Below are positions 1 to 14,338 of a stretch of 64,000 bases of DNA, piece after piece. A program made the position numbers and the translations under genes. Location of the stretch: positions 1,321,971 through 1,385,970 of the forward strand of contig NW_018408629.1 in the NCBI RefSeq assembly GCF_002113885.1. The letters run 5' to 3'. The stretch is from Mizuhopecten yessoensis (Eukaryota). The notes below the pieces were generated by a model. The model did no database searches and was not told the origin of the DNA. It saw nothing but the letters and a program-made list of their open reading frames with translations. Each line of letters starts with the position of its first letter. The first letter of the stretch is position 1.

Positions 1-949
1 TTGATTGTCTCATCGAGTTAGCATGAGTAGAAATGTAGAAACATAGTACAAGCCTTCAGGTTTAAATTCTGTAAATTCCACTATGTGATATAAGCATATA
101 TAAAACACAAACTGAAGTAGGAAAAGGAAATATCTAGCAAATATAATTAATATAGTTGATATTTACATTAGCAAGAAATACAATACTGTCTTTATTCTAA
201 GTAAGAACTCCAAGTAATAACCATTTGTATTAAGGATAATTATAATACTACCAAAATCTGTAACTACACATTTGAAAAGCATTTTCTAGCATTACAATAG
301 CTCTGAAAAATAATTTCTGAAAAGAAAACCATACTCTACGGGATTTTACCATAAACTAATAAATCTGATAAACAACAGAGTACTGAGAGCAAACATATGC
401 GGGTCTAGATCGACTGAGCTACCTGGTCAACATAAGTGTCCTGACCAAACGTTGCCACATTTATATTTTGTCAAAACACACATGTATAAGAGCTATATTT
501 ATCCTTTAGCGTCTTGAAGAAAATATTATTGAAATCCACATCGATCGTCAGAAATGCCTATCAAGTAAAAGCCGAGACATGCTTTGTGAAGGCAGTTTTG
601 AAGCTCTCCATGTATTGGTTTTGTTACGAAAACCTAAGATGTTTATTCAAGATAAAATATAAGGCGTTAAGCTCGAGAAACATGGCATGCATGTGTTTAT
701 TAACAAGCAATCAAATGGGGGGATGTTTAAACAAGATAGATGCATGGCAGTGCACCATTACTGATTGTCAGAGTCAGTTAATATGAGACGCCATGAATCG
801 AAGGTTTTCCTCTTTGTCTTGTTCGTGGAGACGAACAATAAACCTAAGTATGTGTGCTGCCTTTGAACTTCTTCGTTTCCTTCCTTAACTATAAGCATAC
901 GCTTTCTTATCTATATTGTCGTCTTTGTCACGTCGTTGTCAGAAAACAA

Positions 950-1080
950 TATGTCGTAGTTGAGAACCCAGGTCCCGACCTTTGATATTGTTCTTTAAAT
1001 GTGGCTCTGTCGTCCTTGGACACCATCTCAATACGACCCTAGCTGAGGACGTCAATCACACTCAAACTTATTTACTTTAA
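950..1080 (+). mobile_element. Highly degenerate SINE remnant (possible B-box relic and I/Nimb-type 3' tail)
   Basis: 'gaccctagctgaggacgtcaatcacactcaaac' resembles the tail 'tagctgttaataggacgttaaacaaa' of the SINEs at 14114-14338 and 45335-45853. Confidence 0.3.
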
Positions 1081-1175
1081 ATTTCTTACTAACATTATCG
1101 CAGCTGGTAAACAAAATCATTGCATCTCTGTCCAATAAGACGTTCCACAGAAAAAATATTAGCAATAATAGCCCC

Positions 1176-2100
1176 TGTTATGAGAGATAGGTTATAAAGT
1201 TCAAGTCAAATGTGTAATTTGTCATTTTTATTAAGTCTGGTAGACAGTTTGCAAATTGCCCCCATGAACATTGTGGTGTTTCCGGAAAATCTGTCCGGAA
1301 TGCGACTCTTTATTACTCGTTTCTTGCGTATCCGGATTGTCCGGATTTCGGTTTCTTGTTTTAGCAGTCTCCTTGAAAATGTCCGCCATGTTGTGCAAGT
1401 CTGTTTATACAGAAGAAATGACGTTTGCATTACTGTATGCAATATGTTTTGATGCACCACAGAGTAAGTTTAGATTGTTTAAATCATGTACTTTATGTGC
1501 AGTGTAAGTTTCTCTGAAGTTGATAGGTTTAATGTTGATTTATCCGACATGTAAAATCGGTGTTTGAAATTTCGCATTTTTCTTTCGTGGCATTATGGAA
1601 AACATGGTCACGTAATTTTAGATATTTTCTAGATGATCGTGTTTATTATTTGTTTGATTGCATATAATTAGGTAAAAACACTGTAGACTTCCCGTTTATG
1701 TGATTCAGTGATAATTACATGTACGTGTAATTTCCGAGTCGGTACATTTTGTATACACAGATCCTGTCGTGATTTATGAAAATTGGCATAGTGTGCAACG
1801 TAGTCTGGATATTTTCGTATTCCTATTTTGTTTACTAGTTTTCAGTCTGATGAGTTATTTCGAGTGGTAACAAAGCTAAAATCATGATGTTTTGTCCTAT
1901 TTGTGGTAGCATGTTATAGCGTCAAGGAGTAAATATAACTTGCTGTATTTTGACATTGTTAGACTTTCGTGTAATGTTAGTTTAATTTCATGTGTTCCAG
2001 ACTTTTACCCTCGCTGGAGGAGGCAATAAACATCGAACTAGAAGATGTGTTTGTTATTCTGCACAAACATTTTAAAGGTGCTAAAATTGAAACCGTAAGA
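1176..2100 (+). mobile_element. Probable solo LTR (~925 bp)
   Basis: Begins TGTTATG (1176) and ends AACCGTAAGA (read as mutated ...GTAACA, the inverse of TGTTA). AATAAA at 2025-2030, ~70 nt before the end. CpG-richer 5' part, T-rich body. No matching TSD and no PBS/PPT seen. Confidence 0.55.
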
Positions 2101-3643
2101 TAGTTGCATATGGATTACAAACCAACATTTAGTATAAACCTTAATTTTACTTGTGTCAATAAGTATGTACAATTACCAAGACATTTCATTCCGATGATTG
2201 GAAAACAAGTACTTTTGTACTTATAGTCTTTCTCATCGTTTATAACAAGCTTAGCTGCTAGTACATACATGTATATACCTTTGCAGTGATAGTCTGAATA
2301 TGTACAAAAGAAACTGTTTAGAAAGAAAGATAGAACATGATATTAGGGATAAACATTTGATATGATATATTGAAATGATATATTCAGGAAACGATCATCG
2401 TGTAGCGAAAACTATGCTGGCATGTTTAAACCCGATTTAAACAATATAACATTGACTAACCGAAATGTTCAATCCGTAACACTGACACCTTTATGCAAAC
2501 TTTTTAACAATCAATATAAAACGGGAATTGGAAAATACAAAAACGTGTGAGAACGTTTTCAAAACATTGTAAAATTAAAATTTAATAAAAAATATATTTC
2601 GACAATGACAAGTCATGGTAAAGTACAACTGTGATTATGGCAATACCATCCCCAGACAGTGTTTGGTACTCATTGCTAATATATTCACAATGTGATGGTC
2701 CAGGTATCGATTCACGTCAGGCTTATAACGAGTTCCCAGCTGCCGAACTGATATTAAGTAATAAACGTGCAATTGCATGTCTGTGTAGGCGGATTTTTCT
2801 CTCCAAGCAAGACAAGCTGGATTACCTCTTTTTTATGTTTAATGTAAATTGTCTTATACTTAATATTGATTGAAACTTGAAACACGCTGTGATAGGTATT
2901 CGATCCATAACGGATGAAACAGAACAAAACCTCAAATACATTTATTCGAAAATCCGTAAAAAAGTCGAAATTAAGAAAACTGTTGATGTGATATTAGTTG
3001 CTTAATCTACACAGATATTTGATCAAAACACAACAGATTGCGATGGTGGTAGGGGATGGGGTCATTATACGTTAGGTATCCTTTCGTTAACCAATCATAT
3101 GTTGACATGGCCATCAAATGACCTTCACTTTAATGGGAACGCAATATTCTAAACTATCAGACGAGCTCAAAGGCTATAGTGAAGCGTAGCCACGCTGAAA
3201 CCTAGACACGACACCGTTAAATGAGCTCGTTTCATTACAACAGTAGACCAATCAGAGTTGCGATGAAAGACACCGACCGACAGTAAAGACAAAGAATAAA
3301 ACACGATAAAGGTCCAAAGAAATTTAAAAAAAAACGTTGTAAGCTGAAGACGACATATCCAACCCAATCAAATTTGGATTGATTGTGCGACCCAGAGCCG
3401 TGAATAAAACCTCGTTTGTAGTATCGGTGTATAAGCCCTTGAGGTTTTTTATCCAAACAGAACCAAAATATTTATTTAATATACATATATATCGCATTTT
3501 CGACCTTGATAATGAGCTTAGGAGCTTGAAACGCAAACTCTTTCCTCTTTCTTTCGTACCAAACAGTTCGTCGAGCATTTTTCTTTCATGCCAACGCGAT
3601 GGAAAATGAGGTAAGTTGCGTGACCTTTCAATTAAAAATATAT

Positions 3644-3870
3644 GATAATAATTATTCGAGGTTCTTATATACCGCTTTATCACAACCTAGTTCGTAGGTC
3701 GTCTCAAAGCAGTTCACAAATTATTATCCGTGGTTATCGGGCCTTGCAACCAGCCAATATATTTTTCAACTCCCTGGGGAGCATACAGCCGGTGCTGCCA
3801 TTTCGGCGTTCACAGCTAGTAGTCAACCAGAGCCTACCGTGCCTTCTATTCATACTGTCAGGCCCAATGA
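3644..3870 (-). mobile_element. 5'-truncated copy of the CORE-type SINE at 29002-29353
   Basis: About 190 bp collinear with 29010-29200 (tatcacaacctagttc...gggagcatacagccgg...ttcggcg), with (TAA)n tail. Confidence 0.8.
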
Positions 3871-5399
3871 CTTTGAACTGCGCCTTTGCCTGAAACTCAA
3901 ACTGGTTCGAAGCATCGTTGAACTAAACATGTGAAGTTCAATCATCAAGATCAAATAAAGGATGAGAGCAGAAGAGTGTACCTTTATGTTACAGTAAAAT
4001 GGGCATATTTTCTTTTATTTGAGGACACCACAAGGTATGATGGACGTATGATTAGGTGCAATATAGAGTCAAAATTGTTCCTATACCAAAGGAATCTAAT
4101 TTGACGAAGTCTTGAAAAGTTATAACAGAAATACTTTCATTTATTACTTACTCAAATTTTAATGTAAAATTCTGTCTCAAAACAAGAATATATTTCATGG
4201 CAAAACCGAGACTCTATTTTATAACCATGCTAAAGGACTTTTAGTACTTAAGAGAAGGTAAACATGACGTCATTTATCCATTTCTATACCAAACAGGATA
4301 GCATGTTTATCCCTGCAAATTAAATACAGTATTCGTAGCCAATGTCACCAGAGCACACCAAAGATATGGATTCATTTTATATCTTTTGTTAAGATAATAA
4401 AGCCCGACATTTTAACTCCGTCGTCCGAGATTTATGGGAATGGCTAATACAATTTTATAAAACATCAATCTTGCTGAATCTTGCTTTCTGTTGAAAGTCA
4501 AATAACACGCCAATGAACACAGGCATCCTCCGATTAAATGAATGTCATTTCAATTAATATAATTAAATACAAAATGTTCTTCGGCCGAGATTTATTGGTG
4601 TTGAATCACGTTTGGAGTGCATGGTTCTTCTAAGCCATGCTCAAACCAAATATAATTTAGACGAATAAAACATATTGAAACTCGTAAATAATTTCAATAG
4701 GCCGACAGAAAATGTAAACAGGTTTTCATACACTCAAGTGGCGTGCGGCTAAGCGGGGTTTAATCATCTCTTGTCTTTCTAGAGTTTAAATTGAATTACT
4801 TGTCAGAATTTTAATAGGAGGCGCATTCTAAATCGGTGTGTAGGTGCGAAGTATTTTCAACGAGATGTGTACGAAATGTCTTGAAATATGAATTAAACTA
4901 CGTAGCTATTTGTATAAGGCTTTGAATGACGACCAGTCACTCAATGTTATTTTCCCGTTCACACAACATTGAACCACATTTAAATGATAAAATGTTATGC
5001 TACAAGATACATAAACATTTAATGTTCACACATGATGAAGGGTTACATGTGCAGGAAGTAATTGGCCAGTAGACAGCAAGATTATATGGCTTTCTGTTGA
5101 ATCAAAATGAAACCATAGTGTCCATGGCATGCTAACATGTCTAGGTTTGGATATTTTAGTGATATGGTTAATTAAAATGGTGCCAGAGCTGCCCGATCAT
5201 TTCGCAGACACCGTTTCCAGGTGACATAAGCAGCTGCAATAACAATAACATACTATGTATAAAGTATAAGAAATATAATCGATCTTTAGGATTTAACGGG
5301 GATTCACATGTTCGTGAATTAAGTCCATTTTATCTACTTTCCTAAAATATATCCATTAATTAGATAAAGCTATGTCACCTGTTATCTTCAGTCTGGTGA

Positions 5400-5615
5400 T
5401 AATACACAGTTGTTTTATGCCTTATCCATCAACAGTCAAAACTATTTTCCCTCACAGTTGGGATCCACCAGAAGACTGTTTCCCGAGGCCGCTGTAGCTA
5501 GGCTTAAAAAATGATGATTGGACGAAAGAAGGAAACAGTTCTTCTGGTGGTTTCCAACTTCGAGGGAAATTAAATTGACTGTTGATTGACTTGGCATGAA
5601 ACAGCTGTTTTTTCA
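5400..5615. repeat. Long imperfect inverted repeat (fold-back non-autonomous DNA element, Crypton-type appearance)
   Basis: Left arm acagttgttttatgcc..atcaacagtcaa..ttccctc..agttggga.ccaccagaagactgtttcc mirrors right arm ggaaacagttcttctggtggtttccaact..gagggaa..ttgactgttgat..ggcatgaaacagctgt. Superfamily assignment is inference. Confidence 0.7.
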
Positions 5616-6229
5616 CTTGACCAACTTGACCAATTGAAGAACAAACATTTCAGAAAGCAATCAGCATTGAGTATCTGTAAGCATTCACAGGTCTAACTGC
5701 ACATTTCTTTATGTAATGTCTTACTGATTACTGCGTCAAGGTTTTCAAATAATTGCAGCAACGCTTCGTCGTTTATATCTTCAAGTCTTTCTATCACTTA
5801 GACCTAGCAATCGGGGCAGCTGACAAACATTCCACATTCTTCGTCATAGTCATGAAGATGTTTGGAAATATATGCGTTGATCACATAATGTATATCAAGT
5901 GATCAAGCAACAGTCTCAGGTGACTAGTCAACAGTCGAAGGGAAGCAAAAATGAGCATAAGGTCGGATTACAATTTAGTCTGTTACTGACTCTATAGTAG
6001 TTCAGTAAGATTTAGCAGTATATGGATAAGACTGGTTTTAATTTACACATCTTAAATCAAAGGAGGTAGTTTAGCTATTGATTACAGAACAGGTAGATAT
6101 ACTACACACAATACGACTACGACATGTATTTCATATCTTAAACCTTTTGATCAACAAAAACTAGTGTAAATGGTAGTTGTGTCTATATATTGAATAATTG
6201 ACAAAGAAACACAACTGCTGAAGGAAGAC

Positions 6230-6327
6230 AATTTCATGGCTCGTGCACTGTACGGGCCTCGAACTCACGAATTACGGCTCCGAATCAGGCGAGAAATACA
6301 TGCATTCCTTTCCACTACACTAACCCA
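6230..6327 (-). mobile_element. tRNA-derived SINE head fragment
   Basis: Minus strand reads gggTTAGTGTAGTGG (A box) ... gtgaGTTCGAGGCCC (B box); no intact cloverleaf. Confidence 0.45.
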
Positions 6328-9300
6328 CCTTCGTGGAAAAAGTTTCGGTGTTGCCGTGGTCAACAGCCCGATACTCTCGACATACATTGGATATGGGTAT
6401 GGATAAAAAGATCATAAGTCTTTGTCACAGTCATTAGCAAATGACAACTGTGCCATTAGACGATCGACACATTTAAGTGTGACATTACACGTAACGTCAA
6501 ATTGTGGATATGGTCGACACCTCATCTGATCACAAATCATTACGAGAGCCGGCTATCCAGAGGGGCATGGCTAGACATCACTTAACGGAAACCTTGCTTG
6601 TTTGTGTCAACTTAACATAGGATGTAATATGAAAGCGGTATACAGATGGGGTGAGGCTAGACAAATGAAGCGTCAATGAATGATCATTATATGAACACGG
6701 TAGCTAAAACTCGCCAGACACATCATTCGGACGACAAAATCAAAACGTATAGTAACAAGAAAAGACATTATTGATGTTTCAATTGAGACTGTCCGCTTAC
6801 CTGTCCATATTCAGGGGGTACAAAAGACAGCCCCAATCGTACAAAAATCTATTTGAATCTAGGACTCTAGCTGATCGTGCCAGATTGGATTACCAGTGAA
6901 TATCCTATCTGATAATCACAAAAGTAAACATCATCTACTTCTATACTATATTATGGGGACGAAAAAGAAACCAATATTGATCTGCAGCCTCTCTTGGAAT
7001 ATTAAAAATTTTCTTTGCATCGTACTTGCACTTTCTTTTTGGTGATGGCTACTTAGTCATCTCTGGTAAGCCCATTGTGAGATTAATGTTACAGGTAGGG
7101 ATAGTATGTTATCTTTAATAGATTGTGGATTTTAAAGGATATGTGTGTCATTGGTGAGGCTAGAGGACAAAGAAGCTGGAAACCTACATGGGTATAAACT
7201 ACTGTTGAAACAGAGTGTCAGATGAGTGAAACGCCCTAAATTATAAATTTAATTTTAATCTGTGAGTATTGTTAAATTTCGTTTTAAGTAATCTGTGAAG
7301 TGGGTATATCATGAAACATGTACCCAAAAGAGACAACTGTGGCCATCAAGGTTACAGCAAACCTCGGGGACTAAATGATCCACCAGCAGAGTAAACCACC
7401 TTTTATTTTGAATGATGAACATACCACACACTGGAGAGCACCTTTAACCTTTGGTAACATATGCCATATGGCTTAGGATATTGCGTAGACGCAAGAACAT
7501 TTAGAAAACAAGAAAACCGCTTCCAAATACACAATGAACACGAGATACATGTCATCATTTATTTGTAACCATTCATATGACGGCAACATTATTAAAACAT
7601 ATTAACCTGTATTATTATGAGAGACAATGTTTATTTTTATCGTAACCGATATGGTTGGTCTATACAATTGTATAAATATGATCAGAACATGATTCGAGAC
7701 AGAAAGCTCACATTGATGCTATATTAAACCACATTGTTACCTTAATATCAGCTTGGCGTACAATTTATAACTAGGCTCAACCTATGAATAAAACACAATA
7801 AGTGCTTCATGGACAAAATCTCAACGCTATATTCACCGAAATAATATTACACTTGTTCTTATTTTTGAAATGCCATAGTCATACGAAAACATGCTTGATC
7901 TTCATAATTCTTAAACAAATGCAATTTGAAGGAATCATGTAACGGCTAGACCAGATTTTTTTTTTTTTGAATTTCGAGGCATAATCAGCAATACATATCA
8001 CCAAAGTACATTTCAAGATACGTCTAAGATACAGTAGGTAATCACTTAGAAATTAACATTTGATTCAGTCTGTTTACATTCATATCCATTTATATCGTAC
8101 TAATTCACTTATTCATACTAGATCACTTGTTATATTTTATGTATACAGAGAATAGACAAGAATTCTTAATAGCTGCTCTTACCTACGAGTTAGTCGGAAA
8201 ACCTGTATTTTAATTAGGTTAAATAAGTCGTATGCTAAATGCAACAGGACATGTCGATAACATGATCATGTGAAAGTATCTAGTGACTAGATGACTCTCC
8301 ACTGTGACATATGCAAACGTATAATTAGAACGTTTCATTTTTCAAGTCATTCGGGTATTGAAGCTAGTTATATCTAGCTCTAGATGGATGAATTGTTAGA
8401 AACACATGTGACTGCGCCTTTATAAATTGGTACTACATACAGCATTACCAAAATGGGTAACACTACATCATTCAGTTGTTTCGTCATTCTAACACTTATT
8501 CCGTTATGGTAGGGGCAAAAGGGGGATACAGAATTGATGGAAACTGATGTTGACTGAAGGGGGAAGAGGTGCGTGGTACTCCTTAGCTATATAAACTGTT
8601 TACGTATACCATCTAAATAAGTTTTAAAGTTAAGATCTTTTTGTATAACTGGAAAAAGCAGCACGTTGTAAAATATGTGCTTGTCAATATTTTTTGCGAT
8701 GTAGTGAACAAAGCTAACAAGGCTTTTTACGATAAGAGTCTGTCAGTAGATATCTGAATATCGACGTTCAAACACTCAACTGTCTGGATCAGATTATCTA
8801 GATTTTGTCAATGATTATCTCCCTTGTGTTATATCATGTGCTGTCACGCAGATATATGTGGTTTTATTTCGTGATTTTAACCATTAACAGGTTATATTGC
8901 ATGTGAAATGGGATACTGCATGTACAAGCTTTCCGCATTTCACCCTTGATATATATTCTTGCCTTTTTTTACATGTACTGATTCTCTGAATTAATCTTAC
9001 AAGACTGTCCTTATTATTAGTGAAATAAGTTTCTTATGTATTGCCGGGTAATATTTAATTTCAGAATGAAAGTTGTGCCATTGCATACATTGTAAAAGAT
9101 TATATCCTCCGATGACACCGAATCTTTTACGATGATCGTGAGTGTTCATTTCATTTTATTACATTATAATTACCATGATATCTTGATTATATTATTAAGC
9201 AGCAGTAAAAATATATACATCTTAACAATAACGTTCAAATCCGTAAAACGATCCCGAAGACCTCAATTTGCACTTTTGCTGATCTCTCGACAATCTTGGC

Positions 9301-10245
9301 CATCTGGGCATGGAAACAGCGATAACGGTATATTTCCAGACTTATATTAACGTGTAAGAATATCCAGAGATACACGCTTCTGAATACTAGCTACATGTAT
9401 GGAACCGTTGATCAACCGCATTCATCGTTATTTGTTAAGTTTCCAAGAGCCGCTTGACAACGTTTCAAACACTGAAGAGTTCGAATTTTCACATTTGAAA
9501 ATTAACATTGTCTTCTTAAATAGTCGAAGAAAAATACAATGTCCAGAGGAAACTACAATAAAACGCGCATGAATGTCACCTTAAGATAGGGATATTGAAA
9601 AAAAATGCAATATCGAATGAAATTGAATATTTCGTAAAACAATAACAGTACTGTATCACCTTTCAACAGTCAAGAGTATTATCATACATTTTTGTATAAT
9701 CATTCAGAAGAAAAAATGACACTTTCCTTCAACAGTATTATATCCCAAATGAATGTTATGAGTTTGTTTATGGACGAAATCGGTTATTGGAAAACTAACA
9801 AGATTTACATGTTTAAGTTAGCCTATTGTGATAGTTATGTGACTTACTTGGTATATAAACACTGATGCAGAGAGACAGATACTGCATAGGGATAACGTTA
9901 TCGTAATCAAAAGAGAAAAAGATATACAGTAACAAAATGCATGGAAATAACTGTCTTGGCTTAATACATAGTTATAAAGTAAACATTGATTGCGAATGGG
10001 TAAAATATTGATTTATAATTCTAACTGTTTTAAATACTACTACATATGTATAGGTTTTCATTTTGTAACATGATCACAACGCGCACTGATAATGCTATAA
10101 AAGTACAAATATATAATGTCCAAATCCTTTTCGTTTTTATATTCAGAATATATTTTTCTGCCATAAAAAACATATATAAATTGCAGAAAAATCATCTGAC
10201 TGAAATAAAAATCTTGTTTTCATTTTGAAACTACTTATAACTTAC

Positions 10246-10355
10246 ATTTGAATTTAATCTATCCTCTTCATCTATTCTGTCGTTGGAACGATGACTGTTT
10301 ACATCTCCCTCCTCATCACTGGACTCGGGAGATGGAGGTGCGGGTGACACTCGTC
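10246..10355 (-). CDS. Internal coding exon of host gene (phase 1 to phase 0): (G)RVSPAPPSPESSDEEGDVNSHRSNDRIDEEDRLNSN
   Basis: Acceptor tttattttcgttccAG, donor AAT|GTAAGT, open frame, raised GC, Pro/Ser/acidic composition. Start phase matches the end phase of the exon at 40260-40503. Confidence 0.75.
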
Positions 10356-10776
10356 CTGGAACGAAAATAAAGACGAATAATCGTTTGCCATTTATGATAT
10401 TTAAGCCCGGTAACTGCTGAGGGCTCATGCAGACGGTGACAACTTCGGGCACACTTAAAACTGTCGTCCTATTGAAATGTCTTATTCTGAATACGTTAGT
10501 TTGACATATAATGCAGTCACACAACGGGCGTTAATTAGGTACCCAGAGGAAAACACTGCAATTCAAAGAATATGATAAAAAGAAAGGCCCCAAATGTTTA
10601 GACCGAACAATTTTGATTTCCTATGTCCTTTAAGAGAGGGCACATAGAAATAAAATCTGTAGTATTTTGTTACTTCACAATAAGAAAAAATGAGATATTA
10701 AAGGTTGATCCTTTACCCTAAATTGCAGGGAAAATATGTGGTCGGTTTATGAACGGAAAGCAATACGCTAAGATGT

Positions 10777-10886
10777 AACTGTGTCTGATAAATGCTTTCT
10801 GTCTTTGTGATAGACAGTCAACTTCAGTACAAACTGTGTTTGATAAATGCTTTCTGTCTTTGTGATAGACAGTCAACTTCAGTACA
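10777..10886. repeat. 55-bp tandem duplication (2 copies, 1 mismatch)
   Basis: aactgtgt(c/t)tgataaatgctttctgtctttgtgatagacagtcaacttcagtaca at 10777 and 10832. Confidence 0.95.
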
Positions 10887-11123
10887 TTTTGTTTGCTTTG
10901 TACTGAAGGATGAACTTCACAACAGAATCCGCTTTAATGCATATTTAAAAGGTGGTTGAGTTTGTTTTGTTCAATAACCAGTTGAATGCAATTCTTAAAT
11001 ACTATATTACAGGTTAATATATTCTGTAACTACCTTTTTGTTAATTAAAATGTAATAGCGTGCGTTTTTTCAGTGTTTCTTCAAACTTTCAGTCATTTCT
11101 AGGTCATTTAGAGGTGTTTCTCA

Positions 11124-11330
11124 TTAAGATTCAACAGGCCTACTAAAAGATGGAATAATAACTCAAAATACCAATCCCCAGATGAGTCATGTTCAAATAA
11201 TCAAATGAAAAAATTGGAAATATTAACTATGTGAATTCCGATTGTTATTTGTTATCCTTGAACATGACTTATTAAGGGATTGAAATTGTGGAAGGCTATA
11301 TCATCACTTTAGGGGCTTGTTGAACCTTAC
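11124..11330. mobile_element. MITE with ~80-bp imperfect TIRs (TTAA-like flanks, GGTTCAACAAGCCCC-type terminus)
   Basis: Left ttaagattcaacaggcc..aatccc..agtcatgttcaa; right ttgaacatgactt..gggatt..ggggcttgttgaaccttac. Same terminal motif as the 50937/61381 pair. Confidence 0.75.
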
Positions 11331-13321
11331 CTAACATTATGTGGTGTAACGAAATCTAGGAAAAAACAAAAAGGTAACAAAATAATGATAAAATATCCGT
11401 GAAAATTACTTTATTTAAATATTTTTTTACCAAACTCAGGTAGGAAAAGGAGTACAAAGAGAAATTTGAAAACGAACACTGAGAAACACATATGACTAAA
11501 TGAAAAGCAGTTGTTTAATAATACAATGGGCCGATGGATTTTCAATTGCAGCGGGTTTTTTTCAAAGTTCAACTTTTAGATACTACTCAGAGTTGTTATG
11601 CCAAACAGAATATCTCCATAAACAAGCAAGTAGTATGAACTACTAATCGAGCACGCGCTTCTGGTTTGATGTATTCCAAGCTAATAATTAATAAATGAAC
11701 ATTACCCCTTTTTTTACCAAAAACAGTGTTTCGATTGAATGTGATAAAGCGTAACTAGAGCCACAAAGCAGAATATGAGATTAACACACTACAAACCCTA
11801 ATACAGTGCGTGTCATTTGACCATGACCATTTATAAACAAGTACTAAAATTAGGTGTTAGCATAATGTTTCCGGTAAAATCACTCGTGTCTGAATCGATA
11901 GGTGCTTATGTGTGCCATTCGTCATCATTAAGGTTTGGGTGCTACGTTTTCTTGAAGAATCCTTATAGCGTTTTAGGAGTCGACTGAACACTTTTGAAAC
12001 ACGCAATCGGTAAATTTCGATTTACCTTTTTGTGTTTTGATAGAACCTATTTCAATAGCCCTATTTGAACATTGATTAATAAATGTGTGTCGTCATACTA
12101 TGACTTCATCTGATGATTTAAGATTGATTTGAATTAACCGATGATGTGCAGCTCGTCAAATTAGTAATTTCATTTAAGACTGATTCTGTGAATGCGGTAA
12201 ATGGTATGTGTGCTGAAAGTCATTCAACATAATTGACTGCTCTGTATGTTGGAACGTAGACTCAACAGATTTATCTGACAAATTTGAAATCTGCGTCTGA
12301 CTGGAAGAGTTTACATTTAAGGCTTTTGACAACAGGTTCTGAATATTTCATATGGACATCATCCTTTTGATAGAAGGATTGAGGGAGATATAACCTTATA
12401 ATATTACAATATATTCACTGTGTGGTCGGAAAATAAGAAAAAAACCATTGACAACGTTTGTGAAAAATGAATACCCCTACTGACATCGCGTCGTCTATCC
12501 ATCAAGTCCTAAGCTTGTCGCCTAGAAACGCTTACTCACTCTAGGTTTTCATAAACATAATATTTGCACAAAGTTTCAGTTACATCAAAAAACAAGAGAC
12601 ATAAAAATTCAGTTAATAACAATGGTTTTTGATTTATAGAAACAGTGATCTTAACCTTGATATGCATTTCATATAACACAAACTCTTTTGAGGAAATTGA
12701 ACACACAGTTTCATCTAATACATAGAAAATAATAAAAGTAATAGAGCAACACTTAAGATTTTTCATTTATAGTAAACCTGACCTTGACTATTGATACACA
12801 GAGCATCTTACTCGTGATCATTCGACGAATTTATACTGGACAAGTATGGCTTTTAACAGTGAAGGGCGACAAATGGAATGATCATATAAATACAACAGCG
12901 GAGTAATGATGGAGATATATTACGGACGAAGAGATGTATGCCCTTCAATGTTATGGTAAGGGAATTAAATAGTAAGGTGACGCCAATGTTGGACCCATTA
13001 AGTCAGTGACAACACACATTCTTTTATTTCATTAGGGTCGTCTGACATAATGATATACTTTTGTAACAATCAGATTTAGGACGGAAAATTCTTAATCTTT
13101 CGCAGAGGCACAACGCATTTAGGGCCTAAACAGACAACATAATCTACGCCAATGCTGGAAACAGAAAAAACAACCATCTGAAAAAAGTCTTCAAGGTTTG
13201 CAGTCATATGATGTAATTGTTTAGTATGGACCTTGCCATTAAGAACACTCTAATGAAATTGGCCATTGTACCTTCCAAGACAACACTATCAGAAAACAGT
13301 TTTTTGGTGAAAAGGTCATAA

Positions 13322-13510
13322 TATTCCGTCTTTGCGTATTACAGAGTTATCTTCTTTTGAGAGCAGGTATTGATTGTTACGTCAATTGTTAGTGAGAGTA
13401 ACGTCATAATTTTTTGAGAAAACGACGTAATTTTCTCACACAAACCAATGACGTAACAATCAATACCTGCTCTCAAGAGAAGATAACTCTGCAATACGCA
13501 AGACGGAATA
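13322..13510. mobile_element. Palindromic MITE, family A copy 1
   Basis: Termini TATTCCGTCTTTGCGTATT..AGAGTTATC / GATAACTCTGCAATACGCAAGACGGAATA; near-complete hairpin; three copies in window. Confidence 0.9.
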
Positions 13511-14113
13511 TATATAACTTATCTTTTGTTCTTTTGCGTACTTAAACATATTTCCCGCTGTCGCATTATTTGCGTTTTTACGTGATCTGTGCGTTATGCT
13601 GATGTATAAAGTGTTTGAATAATTATGTAACCGATACATGCTAAAGTAAGGCATGTGAATCTACAAGCCATGCTTCAGTTACTGTACCAATTGTTAACAT
13701 TATATTTACACCACTATAATATGTTTCAAACTCGTTAATTTCATTGTGTTAATGTTAGGTGCTTTCGTTTCAAAGTTTGTAAATTGTCGTAATACAAACA
13801 CTATTTTATTGTATTTAAGGAGTTTACATAGCGTTCACCATATTTTAATTTATACTCTCTGAGGACTCAATGAAACTACCAAACGTTGTATGACTATTTT
13901 GCTAATAGAATTGACCGGGATCAAAAGTACAAAGTTTTCGGTATATCTATTGAAATAGACAATATTGACAAACTAAAATGTACATACATTCTCTATGCTT
14001 TTGTGCAAATAATGTTTCATTAGAAATCATTTATTTTAGACATGGTCAATGACAACGAACAATCAATGACAAACTCTATATTTAAACACCAATTGTACAC
14101 ATCATCTTTCTTA

Positions 14114-14338
14114 GTTTGTTTTGGTTTGTTTGTGTTTTACGTCCAATTAACAGCTATGGTTATTAAAGTAGTGCCAAGGTTTGGTAAAAGTTTTGAAGGA
14201 AAGGAATACTCGTAGAAAAACCTCCGCTGCGGCCAGTACCAGGCGACTACCCCAACGTAGGATTCGAACCAAGTAGTGGAGGGCTTGTGCTACAATGTAG
14301 CAGAATGTCAGAAGCCTTAATCACTCGGCCACTGCGGC
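14114..14338 (-). mobile_element. tRNA-derived SINE with degenerate V-like body and I/Nimb-type tail
   Basis: Minus strand: gccgcagTGGCCGAGTGATTAAGG (A box), GGTTCGAATCC (B box), ggtttttctacgagtattcc, tail gctgttaattggacgtaaaacacaaacaaacc. Confidence 0.75.

Noticed and set aside
6795-6910. Minus-strand exon ending ATGGACAG|GTAAGC
   Set aside because: Good donor, but no clear acceptor or open frame compatible with the phase-0 end of the 10246 exon.
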